From Mangrovibacterium sp. (GTDB taxonomy: Bacteria > Bacteroidota > Bacteroidia > Bacteroidales > Prolixibacteraceae): DNA of 34,019 bases. Both the position numbers and the translations under genes were made by a program. The notes below the pieces were generated by a model. It did not search any database and had not been told where the DNA came from. It saw only the letters and a program-made list of their open reading frames with translations. Numbering within the stretch: position 1 is the stretch's first letter; each line of letters begins with the position of its first letter. The DNA lies in assembly GCA_050256015.1 (NCBI GenBank), contig JBFWIL010000001.1, forward strand, positions 1 through 34,019, given 5' to 3'. Shown in pieces: positions 1 through 8,922 of the stretch.

Positions 1-98
1 TCCGATCTAAAATAATAGGAAGACTGTTCCGATTGTGAAAGGATTTTTCTTTCTTTGTTTTGTGAAGAATTATTAAAAATTAATCTAAATAGTTTGCT

Positions 99-692
99 AT
101 GTCAATTACAAAAGACAAAATGGTTTCTTTAACCTATGATTTGAGGTTGAACGGAAGTGAAGGGGAGCTGATTGAGCAGGCAACTGAGGAGAAGCCATTG
201 CGTTTTGTATACGGAGCGGGAATGATGCTTCCTTCCTTTGAGGCCAAACTGGAAGGGCTGGTTCAGGGAAATCCGTTTAATATCAGTCTTTCTTCAAAGG
301 AAGCATACGGAGAAGTGAATGAGAATGCGTTTGTGGATCTTCCCAAACATATTTTTCATGTAGACGGTAAATTTGATACCGATCTGATTCGTGAAGGCAA
401 TACGGTTCCCATGATGAGTGCCGGAGGACAGCGTTTGAACGGTCTGGTTCTGGAAATTTCCGGTGAATCTGTAAAAATGGATTTTAACCATCCGCTGGCT
501 GGTGAAAACCTGTTTTTTTCAGGAGAAGTGCTGGAAGTCCGTAATGCAACAGACGAGGAGATGACAGCCCTGGCGGGAGACTGCGGTTGCGGAAGCGGAG
601 CTTGTAGCTGCGGGGAGGGCGGCAATAAAGATGACTGCGGTTGTGAAGGGAAAGGCCATGCTCCCGGCGGAAGCTGCGGCTGCGGACATTAA
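99..692 (+). CDS. slyD: FKBP-type peptidyl-prolyl cis-trans isomerase, SlyD-like, with Cys/Gly/His-rich C-terminal metal-binding tail
   Basis: 197-aa ORF. FKBP core with an inserted flap region (VKMDFNHPLAGENLFF). C-terminal tail DCGCGSGACSCGEGG...DCGCEGKGH...SCGCGH resembles the SlyD metal-binding tail. The tail contains an internal duplication, GACTGCGGTTG at 579-589 and 633-643. Confidence 0.85.
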   Translation: MSITKDKMVSLTYDLRLNGSEGELIEQATEEKPLRFVYGAGMMLPSFEAKLEGLVQGNPFNISLSSKEAYGEVNENAFVDLPKHIFHVDGKFDTDLIREGNTVPMMSAGGQRLNGLVLEISGESVKMDFNHPLAGENLFFSGEVLEVRNATDEEMTALAGDCGCGSGACSCGEGGNKDDCGCEGKGHAPGGSCGCGH

Positions 693-707
693 TCATTATA
701 CGAAAAC

Positions 708-1784
708 ATGAATACATTTGGTCAGATATTCCGGTTAAGCTCTTTCGGAGAATCGCATGGTCCCGCCATCGGGGGCATTATTGACGGTTGTCCGGCCGGA
801 CTGGAGATTTGTGCGGATGAGATTCAGCGGGAATTGGACCGCCGGAAGCCGGGACAATCGAAAATTACCACCCCTCGGCATGAATCGGACCGGGTGGAGC
901 TCCTCTCGGGTATTTTTGAAGGGAAAACCCAGGGAACGCCAATCGGCTTTATTATCCGGAACAAAGACCAGCATTCGGATGATTACGATAATCTGAAAAA
1001 TGTATTTCGTCCGTCGCATGCCGATTACACTTATATGGAAAAGTACGGCAGCCGCGATCACCGGGGGGGCGGACGTTCCTCCGCGCGCGAAACCGTTGCC
1101 CGTGTTGTGGGGGGTGCTGTTGCCAGGAAGTTGTTGCTCAGACAAACCGGAGTCTGCATACAGGCTTTTGTGAAACAGGTGGGAGAGGTGGAACTGAAAA
1201 AAAACTATCGGGAACTTGATCTGTCCCTGACCGAGTCGAACATCGTCCGCTGTCCCGATCCGGAAACGGCAGAACGCATGATTGCCCGGATTGAAGAAGC
1301 GGGCAGCATCCGTGACACCGTTGGCGGGGTCATTCAATGCATACTGAGCGGAGTTCCCGCCGGACTAGGGGAGCCGGTTTTCAACAAGCTTCATGCCGAT
1401 CTGGGGCATGCCATGCTGGGGATCAATGCCGTCAAGGGATTTGAGTACGGCTCGGGCTTTGAAGGAGCCAAACTGTCCGGATCGCAACACAACGATATCT
1501 TTGTGAAAACGGGAAATGGCATCGGAACCCGAACGAATCGTTCCGGAGGAATTCAGGGAGGAATCAGCAACGGTGAAGACATTTATTTCAATGTGGCTTT
1601 TAAACCGGTTGCAACCCTGCAGAAAGAACAGAAAACGGTGGATACCGCATATAAGGAAACCACGATCCATCCCAAAGGACGTCATGACCCCTGTGTGCTG
1701 CCGCGCGCCGTACCCATAGTGGAAGCCATGGCCGCACTCGTGTTAGCTGATCATTATTTGTTGAATCAAATTAACCGAATTTAG
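708..1784 (+). CDS. aroC: chorismate synthase
   Basis: 358 aa. Hallmark motifs are [18 protein letters not shown] and [11 protein letters not shown], and the protein is collinear with E. coli AroC over its full length. Confidence 0.97.
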   Translation: MNTFGQIFRLSSFGESHGPAIGGIIDGCPAGLEICADEIQRELDRRKPGQSKITTPRHESDRVELLSGIFEGKTQGTPIGFIIRNKDQHSDDYDNLKNVFRPSHADYTYMEKYGSRDHRGGGRSSARETVARVVGGAVARKLLLRQTGVCIQAFVKQVGEVELKKNYRELDLSLTESNIVRCPDPETAERMIARIEEAGSIRDTVGGVIQCILSGVPAGLGEPVFNKLHADLGHAMLGINAVKGFEYGSGFEGAKLSGSQHNDIFVKTGNGIGTRTNRSGGIQGGISNGEDIYFNVAFKPVATLQKEQKTVDTAYKETTIHPKGRHDPCVLPRAVPIVEAMAALVLADHYLLNQINRI

Positions 1785-2201
1785 ATGCCACGAAAAAAAA
1801 GAGACCGGCGCCTGCTGGCACCTCCCGCCATTAAAGGGTTGTCTGTATCCGGTCCAAAAAACAGGTCGGAGGAGATTCAGTTGTTCTTTGAAGAATACGA
1901 ATCCATTAAACTGCTGGATTACGATAACCTGACTCAGGAAGAGGCAGCAGTTAGCATGCGTGTCTCCCGGCCTACCCTGACCCGGATATACGAATCAGCC
2001 CGGAACAAGGTAGCCCGCTCCATGGTGGAAGGAAAAGACCTGGTCATCCGGGGCGGAAACTTTCGCTTTGATGAGAATTGGTATCACTGCAATTCCTGTC
2101 ATTCCCGCTTTAACCTGTTTGACCAGTCAAAACAGGAATGTCCGGTTTGCCGGTCCCTGGAAATATATTCCCTGAACGAGTATTTTTCTGCAGAGAATTA
2201 A
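1785..2201 (+). CDS. DUF134/UPF0251 family DNA-binding protein with C-terminal CxxC...CxxC zinc-ribbon extension
   Basis: 138 aa. MPRKKR... N-terminus and LTQEEAAVSMRVSRPTLTRIYESARNKVA (sigma-70 region-4-like HTH) are typical of DUF134. The C-terminus carries CNSCHSRF...CPVCRS. The start codon directly abuts the aroC stop (TAGATG). Confidence 0.8.
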   Translation: MPRKKRDRRLLAPPAIKGLSVSGPKNRSEEIQLFFEEYESIKLLDYDNLTQEEAAVSMRVSRPTLTRIYESARNKVARSMVEGKDLVIRGGNFRFDENWYHCNSCHSRFNLFDQSKQECPVCRSLEIYSLNEYFSAEN

Positions 2202-3448
2202 TGTGATCCGCTGCAAGCCGGCATGTACTTAAGAGCCGTTTCTTCTCCCTCACTGCGGGCAATGATCACGGCTCCGCAGCTATCACTCCACACATTGACT
2301 GCAGTCCGGAACATATCCAGAATGCGGTCGACCGCCATAATAAGTCCGATACCCTCCAGCGGCAGTCCCACGGTAGTCAGGATGACTGTGATCATCACGA
2401 GGCTTGCCATGGGTATACCCGCAGCTCCTATGGAAGTCAGCAGGGCTGTGACCACCACAAGAAACTGTTCGCCCGTACTCAGTTCTATTCCGTATACCTG
2501 GGCAATAAACATTACCACCATACATTCGTACAATGCGGTGCCGTCCATATTGATCGTTGCACCCAGCGGGAGGGTGAAACTGGACACCTGGTTGGACACC
2601 CCGCTTTTGTTTTCCACTGCATCCATGGTCAGTGGCAGAGTGGCACTGGAAGAAGCCGTGGAAAAAGCGGTGAGCAGAGGACTGATCATATTCTTCAGAT
2701 GAAGAAAGGGCCGGGCTTTGCCAATCCAGCGGACAAGCAGGGGCAGTGTGACAAAAGCATGAACAGCCAGTCCGGCGGCTACGGTAAACGTATATACAAG
2801 CAGACTCCCGGCCAGTTTATCCATACTTTCGGCATGCCGGGAAATTTCCCGGGCCACTAACCCGAAAATCCCCAGCGGCGTAAAGCGTATAATGAAGAGC
2901 GTAATTTTCATCATCACGGCAAAAAAACCGTCAAAGAAGGTCGTCAGGTTTTTTCGATATGGTTCTGCAAGCTGATGTATAAAAAAACCAAAGAGCAGGG
3001 CAAATACGATAACTCCGAGAACATTTCCCGAAGCCATGGCCCCCGCCACATTTTCCGGGATCATGTTTATAAACATGTCGGGAACCGATTGAACCGGCTG
3101 GTTGATACCGCTTGCGTCTTGCGCAACACCAAGTTTCACTCCTTCTCCGGGGTGGACCAAATTCACCAGGCTCAGTCCGGTAATAATAGCCAGCAAAGAA
3201 CTGAGCAGATAGTAGGAGATGGTTTTTAGTCCCATACGTCCCAGATTTTTCCCTCCGCCCAAACCGGAAATACCACTGATAATAGAACTGAAAACCAGTG
3301 GAATAATGACCATTTTCAGTGCCCGTAAAAACAGTTCTCCGATCCAGCCTACCCGGTTTCCTGTTTCTGGCAAAAAATATCCCAGAAATACGGCAAGCAG
3401 CAGGGCAATCAAAATTTGCCAGTGCAGTTTTAGCTTCAGTATTCGCAT
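2198..3448 (-). CDS. dicarboxylate/amino acid:cation symporter (DAACS / GltP family)
   Basis: Motifs FSTASSSATLPLTMD and GATINMDGTALYE, with multiple TM segments. I chose the start MRILKLKLHWQ (ATG at 3448) rather than the track's 3775, because the upstream extension is non-homologous-looking and would overlap the fucI start. Confidence 0.9.
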   Translation of the reverse strand: MRILKLKLHWQILIALLLAVFLGYFLPETGNRVGWIGELFLRALKMVIIPLVFSSIISGISGLGGGKNLGRMGLKTISYYLLSSLLAIITGLSLVNLVHPGEGVKLGVAQDASGINQPVQSVPDMFINMIPENVAGAMASGNVLGVIVFALLFGFFIHQLAEPYRKNLTTFFDGFFAVMMKITLFIIRFTPLGIFGLVAREISRHAESMDKLAGSLLVYTFTVAAGLAVHAFVTLPLLVRWIGKARPFLHLKNMISPLLTAFSTASSSATLPLTMDAVENKSGVSNQVSSFTLPLGATINMDGTALYECMVVMFIAQVYGIELSTGEQFLVVVTALLTSIGAAGIPMASLVMITVILTTVGLPLEGIGLIMAVDRILDMFRTAVNVWSDSCGAVIIARSEGEETALKYMPACSGSH

Positions 3449-3581
3449 AAAAACAGTTTTGCTTTTGACAAAGCTACTTTTTTCGAATATGTTATCCAAC
3501 ATAAGCCGGCATATTCTAATTCTTCTTATATTAGCAGCACAGTACAGCACAATAAAGTATGCACTATAAACAAACTGATTT

Positions 3582-5363
3582 ATGAGTAACCGTTTAATCG
3601 GACAACTTCCGAAAGTCGGAATTCGTCCTGTTATTGATGGCCGGGAACGGGGAGTACGCGAGTCCATTGAAGAGCAGACCATGAACCTGGCCAGGGCTGC
3701 GGCCCGGCTGATTGAAGGAAACCTGCGTTTTCCCTCCGGAGAACAGGTGAAATGTGTGATTGCCGAAACGACCATCGGCGGGGTGGCCGATGCGGCCCGT
3801 TGTGCAGACCTGTTTAAGCGTGAGGGGGTGGGGGTTTCCCTGACTGTTACAGCCAGCTGGTGTTACGGTTCGGAGGTCATGGACAGCGACCCGCTGATCC
3901 CGAAAGCCGTATGGGGTTTTAACGGAACGGAACGCCCCGGAGCGGTATACCTGGCCGCCGCCCTGGCCGGTTATGCGCAAAAAGGACTTCCGGCATTCGG
4001 CATTTACGGACGCCATGTACAGGACCGGGACGACAACAGCATTCCGGAAGATGTACGGGAAAAGATTCTTCGCTTTGTCCGGGCAGCTCTGGCTGTAGCC
4101 GCCATGAAAGATAAATCGTATTTGTCTATTGGTTATGCCTCCATGGGCATTGCCGGATCGACGGTAAATCCGGATTTTTTCCAGGAATACCTGGGCATGC
4201 GCAACGAATTTGTGGAATCCATCGAACTGAAACGGCGCATGGACCAGGACATTTATGATCACGGGGAGTATGAGAAGGCCCTGAGATGGGTTAAGGCCAA
4301 CTGCAAAGAAGGAACAGACCTTAATGCTTCCGGCCAGCAGGCTGACCGCCGACACAAGGACTGGGAATGGGAAACCGTGGTTAAGATGACCCTCATCTGT
4401 CGTGACCTGATGATCGGTAACCCCAAACTGGCCGAAATGGGCTTCGGGGAAGAGGCCCGCGGCCGTAATGCCATTGCGGGAGGCTTCCAGGGACAGCGGC
4501 AGTGGACCGATTATTATCCGAATGGTGATTTTACCGAAACCATTTTAAATACTTCATTCGACTGGAACGGCATCCGGGAAGCTTTTGTGTTTGCCACGGA
4601 GAACGACAGCCTGAACGGTGTGGCCATGCTGTTCGGCCATCTGCTTTCCAATACCGCCCAGATTTTCTCCGACGTACGTACCTTTTGGAGTCCGGAGGCC
4701 GTTAAACGGGTTACCGGCAAGGAACTTACCGGCCTGGCCGGTAACGGGATTATCCACCTGCTCAACTCCGGAGCCACCACCCTCGATGCAACCGGACAGC
4801 AGCGCGATGCGGCAGGTAATCCGGTGATGAAGCCCTATTGGGAAGTGAACGAGACAGATATGAATAACTGCCTGGAAAACACCAGTTGGAGTCCGGCCAA
4901 CCTCGGATATTTCCGGGGCGGCGGTTATTCGTCCGCCTTTAAAACCACCGGGCAGATGCCGGTTACCATGTCTCGCATCAACCTGATTAAAGGATTGGGA
5001 CCTGTTTTGCAGCTGGCCGAAGGCTGGACCGTGGATATTCCGGAATGTATTCACAAGGTACTGAATGAAAGGACTGACCCAAGCTGGCCGACTACCTGGT
5101 TTGTGCCCCGAACAAACGGACAGGGGCCATTCACCGATGTATATTCCGTTATGGCCAATTGGGGTGCCAACCACGGGGCGATATCTTACGGACACATAGG
5201 AGCCGATATGATTACCCTGGCTTCCATGTTGCGGATTCCCGTGTGTATGCACAATGTGCAGGAAAATGACATTTTCCGTCCCAGCGCCTGGAATGCTTTC
5301 GGTTCTGAGCCTGAAACAGCCGACTACCGGGCCTGCACCACATACGGGCCGCTGTACAGATAA
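3582..5363 (+). CDS. fucI: L-fucose isomerase
   Basis: 593 aa. The N-terminus [29 protein letters not shown] is near-identical in pattern to E. coli FucI, and the length matches (~591 aa). Confidence 0.95.
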   Translation: MSNRLIGQLPKVGIRPVIDGRERGVRESIEEQTMNLARAAARLIEGNLRFPSGEQVKCVIAETTIGGVADAARCADLFKREGVGVSLTVTASWCYGSEVMDSDPLIPKAVWGFNGTERPGAVYLAAALAGYAQKGLPAFGIYGRHVQDRDDNSIPEDVREKILRFVRAALAVAAMKDKSYLSIGYASMGIAGSTVNPDFFQEYLGMRNEFVESIELKRRMDQDIYDHGEYEKALRWVKANCKEGTDLNASGQQADRRHKDWEWETVVKMTLICRDLMIGNPKLAEMGFGEEARGRNAIAGGFQGQRQWTDYYPNGDFTETILNTSFDWNGIREAFVFATENDSLNGVAMLFGHLLSNTAQIFSDVRTFWSPEAVKRVTGKELTGLAGNGIIHLLNSGATTLDATGQQRDAAGNPVMKPYWEVNETDMNNCLENTSWSPANLGYFRGGGYSSAFKTTGQMPVTMSRINLIKGLGPVLQLAEGWTVDIPECIHKVLNERTDPSWPTTWFVPRTNGQGPFTDVYSVMANWGANHGAISYGHIGADMITLASMLRIPVCMHNVQENDIFRPSAWNAFGSEPETADYRACTTYGPLYR

Positions 5364-5398
5364 ATGATAACAGTTCCATATTATTTATCAAACAATTT

Positions 5399-6706
5399 AT
5401 GAAAGCTAAAGAAAAAGTTATTCCCGGGAAATTCCTTCTTCCTTTTGTTCTGATTACCAGTTGTTTTGCCCTATGGGGCTTTGCCAATGACATCACCAAC
5501 CCGATGGTGGAAGCTTTTTCCCGTATTTTCAATATGGGTGTGGGCGGAGGCACCTGGGTACAGGTTGTTTTTTACGGAGGCTACGGTGTCATGGCTTTTC
5601 CGGCTGCATTTTTCATAAAACGCTACACGTATAAGGCCGGTATCCTGATGGGACTGGGTTTATATGCCACCGGGGCGCTGCTGTTTATCCCGGCCAGCTA
5701 TATCGGGCTTTATTACCCTTTTCTTATTGCTTATTTTGTTATGACCTGCGGGCTGTCTTTTCTGGAAACCAGTGCCAATCCTTTCATCCTGTTTATGGGT
5801 CCCGACGCTACGGCTACCCGGAGGCTGAATCTGGCCCAGGCTTTTAATCCAATGGGATCGATTACCGGTATGTTTGTAGCCAAAACCTTAATTCAGGCCC
5901 GGCTTGATCCGCGAAGTGCCGGGGAAAGGGCCATGCTGGATCCGGAAACTTTCGAAGCGGTTAAAATGCAGGACCTGCATATTCTCAGCTCGCCTTACAT
6001 TGCCATCGGCGGGGTAATAGTAGCCATGTTCCTGCTGATCCTCTTTACCCGTATGCCCAGAAACGAAGATTCCTCGGCCAGACTGGATATATGCAACACC
6101 TTTAAAAGGTTGCTTCATGTTCGTCGTTATACCGAAGGGGTCATTGCCCAGTTTTTTTATGTCGGTGCACAGATCATGTGCTGGACTTTTATTGTGCAGT
6201 ACGGTCAGCGCATCTTTATGGAACAGTACGGTATGACAGCCGGGGATGCCGCCCAGAAGGCCCAGTTCCACAACATTATTGCCATGGGAATTTTTCTGGT
6301 TTCCCGTTTTGTCTGCACCTTCCTGCTAAAATACATTCCGGCAGGCAAACTGCTCATGAGTCTGGCTATGGGCGGAGGACTGCTTTCTCTGGGTACCATC
6401 CTGCTGACCGATATCAACGGGCTCTACTGCCTGGTGGGAATATCCGCATGCATGTCGCTGATGTTTCCCACCATTTACGGAATTGCCCTGCGGGGAATGG
6501 GAGAGGATGCCAAGTTCGGGGCGGCCGGGCTTATTATGTCGATTGTAGGGGGAACCCTGTTGCCCAAACTTCAGGCATGGTTTATTGACATGGACAGCCT
6601 GCTGGGGCTGCCTGCCGTAAACTTTTCCTTTATTATGCCGCTGATCTGTTTCCTGGTTATCGGATTTTATGGGTACCGTACCTATCGCGTCCATATGGGA
6701 GACTAA
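5399..6706 (+). CDS. fucP: L-fucose:H+ symporter permease (MFS)
   Basis: 435 aa. Collinear blocks shared with E. coli FucP: YKAGI..GL.LYA.GALLF, LE.SANPF...GP, RLNLAQAFN, AQFFYVGAQ, FPTIYG.AL.G.G.D.K.G. Confidence 0.9.
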   Translation: MKAKEKVIPGKFLLPFVLITSCFALWGFANDITNPMVEAFSRIFNMGVGGGTWVQVVFYGGYGVMAFPAAFFIKRYTYKAGILMGLGLYATGALLFIPASYIGLYYPFLIAYFVMTCGLSFLETSANPFILFMGPDATATRRLNLAQAFNPMGSITGMFVAKTLIQARLDPRSAGERAMLDPETFEAVKMQDLHILSSPYIAIGGVIVAMFLLILFTRMPRNEDSSARLDICNTFKRLLHVRRYTEGVIAQFFYVGAQIMCWTFIVQYGQRIFMEQYGMTAGDAAQKAQFHNIIAMGIFLVSRFVCTFLLKYIPAGKLLMSLAMGGGLLSLGTILLTDINGLYCLVGISACMSLMFPTIYGIALRGMGEDAKFGAAGLIMSIVGGTLLPKLQAWFIDMDSLLGLPAVNFSFIMPLICFLVIGFYGYRTYRVHMGD

Positions 6707-6737
6707 CCTTCGGATGTGAATCTGTAATCGCATAATT

Positions 6738-7730
6738 ATGAAGTTTAATTTTCAACTGGATCCTGCTTCTCCCCAGACCAAGCTGCAGCAGTTGGTTCAT
6801 GCCATCAATGAGGCCATCAGTAACGGATTGCTGGAGGAGGGGGATTTTCTTCCTTCCGTAAACCGGCTGAGCAGGCAAAGCGGATTGTCGAGAGATACCG
6901 TTTTTAAGGCTTATTCCCTGCTTAAACAGCGAAGCATCATTGCCTCCACTCCAACGAAAGGTTATTTCGTGAGTTCCCTGTCTTTCCGGGTTATGTTGTT
7001 GATGGATGATTTCAGCGCTTTCAAGGAACAGCTGTATACCAGTTTCCGGAACAATTTACCAGACAATTATTCTGTGGATTTGCTTTTTCATCATTATAAT
7101 CCTGATGTGTTTGAGCAGCTGATTCTAAACAGTCTGGGGCGTTACAGCATGTATGTGGTGATGAATCCTGATAACCGAAAGGTTGAATCTGTTCTCAGGA
7201 AAATCGATCCGAACAAGTTACTGATTCTCGACATGGGCACCCCCGACAATACAGAATTGTCTTACATCACCCAGGATTTTACCATCGGTGTGGTTGACTG
7301 TCTGAGGGAAGGACTTTCGCTGATCAGGAAATACAGGGAGCTCCATCTGGTATTTCCCGACAAACTGTCGCATCCCCGTGAGTTTATCCAGTCTTTTTCC
7401 TATTTCTGCAGTTCCGCCCGTCTGCATCATTCTCTGATACGTAATATAAAATGCCACGAGGTGGAAGCCGGACAGGCCTTTCTGGTTATCCGTGATGATG
7501 ATCTGGTGCATATTATTCGGCAATGCCGGGCAAAAGGCTTTGAGCCTGGTAGGGAAGTGGGACTGATATCTTACAACGACACCCCGATGAAAGAAATTGT
7601 GTGGAACGGCATTACCACTATCTCGGTCGATTTTGAGGAAATGGGATCACGGGCAGCCCGTTTTGTGGAAACCAAAGAGAAAGTGTTTTCCACCCTGGCT
7701 CCCCGGCTGTTTATAAGGGGATCCCTGTAA
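6738..7730 (+). CDS. GntR-family transcriptional regulator with sugar-binding (periplasmic-binding-protein-like) C-terminal domain; candidate fucose regulator
   Basis: 330 aa. N-terminal winged HTH LPSVNRLSRQSGLSRDTVFKAYSLLKQRSIIASTPTKGYFV. Same strand as fucP and 31 nt downstream of it. In Bacteroides thetaiotaomicron the fucose regulator FucR is GntR-type (established knowledge). Confidence 0.8.
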   Translation: MKFNFQLDPASPQTKLQQLVHAINEAISNGLLEEGDFLPSVNRLSRQSGLSRDTVFKAYSLLKQRSIIASTPTKGYFVSSLSFRVMLLMDDFSAFKEQLYTSFRNNLPDNYSVDLLFHHYNPDVFEQLILNSLGRYSMYVVMNPDNRKVESVLRKIDPNKLLILDMGTPDNTELSYITQDFTIGVVDCLREGLSLIRKYRELHLVFPDKLSHPREFIQSFSYFCSSARLHHSLIRNIKCHEVEAGQAFLVIRDDDLVHIIRQCRAKGFEPGREVGLISYNDTPMKEIVWNGITTISVDFEEMGSRAARFVETKEKVFSTLAPRLFIRGSL

Positions 7731-7732
7731 AC

Positions 7733-8815
7733 CTATTGATTTTCCAGACGGAGAAATTGATTCAGGACGGATTTCCTTTTATCCAGAATATAAAGATACC
7801 GTTCCGTCTGCCCCATATAACGGGTGGAATAAGCCTTGTTGGCCCAGTCAATGGCTTGGTCAATAAGGCCGAGCATCTCACAGGCCAGAGCCATGTTGTA
7901 CTGGGCTTTGCTTCGTTCCGAGCGCTTTCTTGAACTGGTATAGGGCAGCCAGTAAGTGTAGGCCGATTGCCAATCGCCTTCTGTTGTCCAGATCAGTACC
8001 TTTTCCGCCTCTTCCGTGTTAAGTACAAAGTATCCTCTTTTTTCTCTGATCCATGCGGGCGAAAGCCGGTTGTCAAGTTCCAGGGCCACCTGTATGCCGG
8101 TCTGAATAAGACACTCCTTAACCGAAGGAAGCCTGGAGAACAATCCCCGGGTGGTCAGGTCGGCATCAGACCAGGATATGGTATCGGTCACCACCAGCTG
8201 ACGGAGCACTTGTACGCTGTCCGGGACATAAATTTTCACCACGGCATCATAACGGGAATCGACAGAGGCAGTTACGTATCCTTCGTAACCGGGAATAGGC
8301 GGATGGGTGGTGTAACGGGTAATCAGCTTGTTATAATAACGTTCCAGAACCAGCAGCGCATCGGTCTGAAACAGTTCACAAACAGCGCGTACTTCATTTT
8401 GACCGAGTTCCTCGGGAATCCGGTAAAAATCCAGCTTGCGACCGAAATTGCGGTCCCTGGGAATAACCACATCATAACGCCCGGACTCAAACAACAAATC
8501 TCCAAGCACTTGCAGCGTGGTATCGGCAGCCAGACTGTCAAGCATCACCGCCTCCAGGTTGAAATTGCGTGAAAAGCAATATTCCTGCAAACTGTCGGGA
8601 TGATAATTCTGAAATTCATCTGTGATGCTGCGGTTCATCAGGGTGATACTGCGGATTTTTTCCGGAAGCAGATCCTGCGAAGGCCGCGATGTTTCTATCG
8701 TTATTGTCCGGTAACTTCCTGCACAGGAAGCCAGCAACAACAGGAACAACGATCCCTGTCCCAGCCGTATGAAGGTTCGCACGTATTGCATCGGAATCAT
8801 TCTTGTCACATTCAT
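7733..8815 (-). CDS. lipoprotein with C-terminal TPR-like region (function unknown)
   Basis: 360-aa ORF with a lipobox LLLASC|AG after a hydrophobic stretch. Alternative starts lie at 8800 (MIPMQY) and 8791 (MQYVRT). The C-terminal helical segment AQYNMALACEMLGLIDQAIDWANKAY is TPR-like. Confidence 0.7.
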   Translation of the reverse strand: MNVTRMIPMQYVRTFIRLGQGSLFLLLLASCAGSYRTITIETSRPSQDLLPEKIRSITLMNRSITDEFQNYHPDSLQEYCFSRNFNLEAVMLDSLAADTTLQVLGDLLFESGRYDVVIPRDRNFGRKLDFYRIPEELGQNEVRAVCELFQTDALLVLERYYNKLITRYTTHPPIPGYEGYVTASVDSRYDAVVKIYVPDSVQVLRQLVVTDTISWSDADLTTRGLFSRLPSVKECLIQTGIQVALELDNRLSPAWIREKRGYFVLNTEEAEKVLIWTTEGDWQSAYTYWLPYTSSRKRSERSKAQYNMALACEMLGLIDQAIDWANKAYSTRYMGQTERYLYILDKRKSVLNQFLRLENQ

Positions 8816-8922
8816 GATCTCTGGCTTTCTTCATTTGCAAACGGGGAATAAAAGTACCACAAAAACCGGAAAAAATTAAATCGCTTTGCTTATATTTCAG
8901 CTTTTATAGCAAGTTTGAGTTT

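Noticed and set aside
3449-3775. N-terminal 109-codon extension of the symporter ORF (track start 3775).
   Set aside because: The extension runs through the divergent promoter region and overlaps the fucI start. The homologous transporter sequence begins at MRILKLK (3448).
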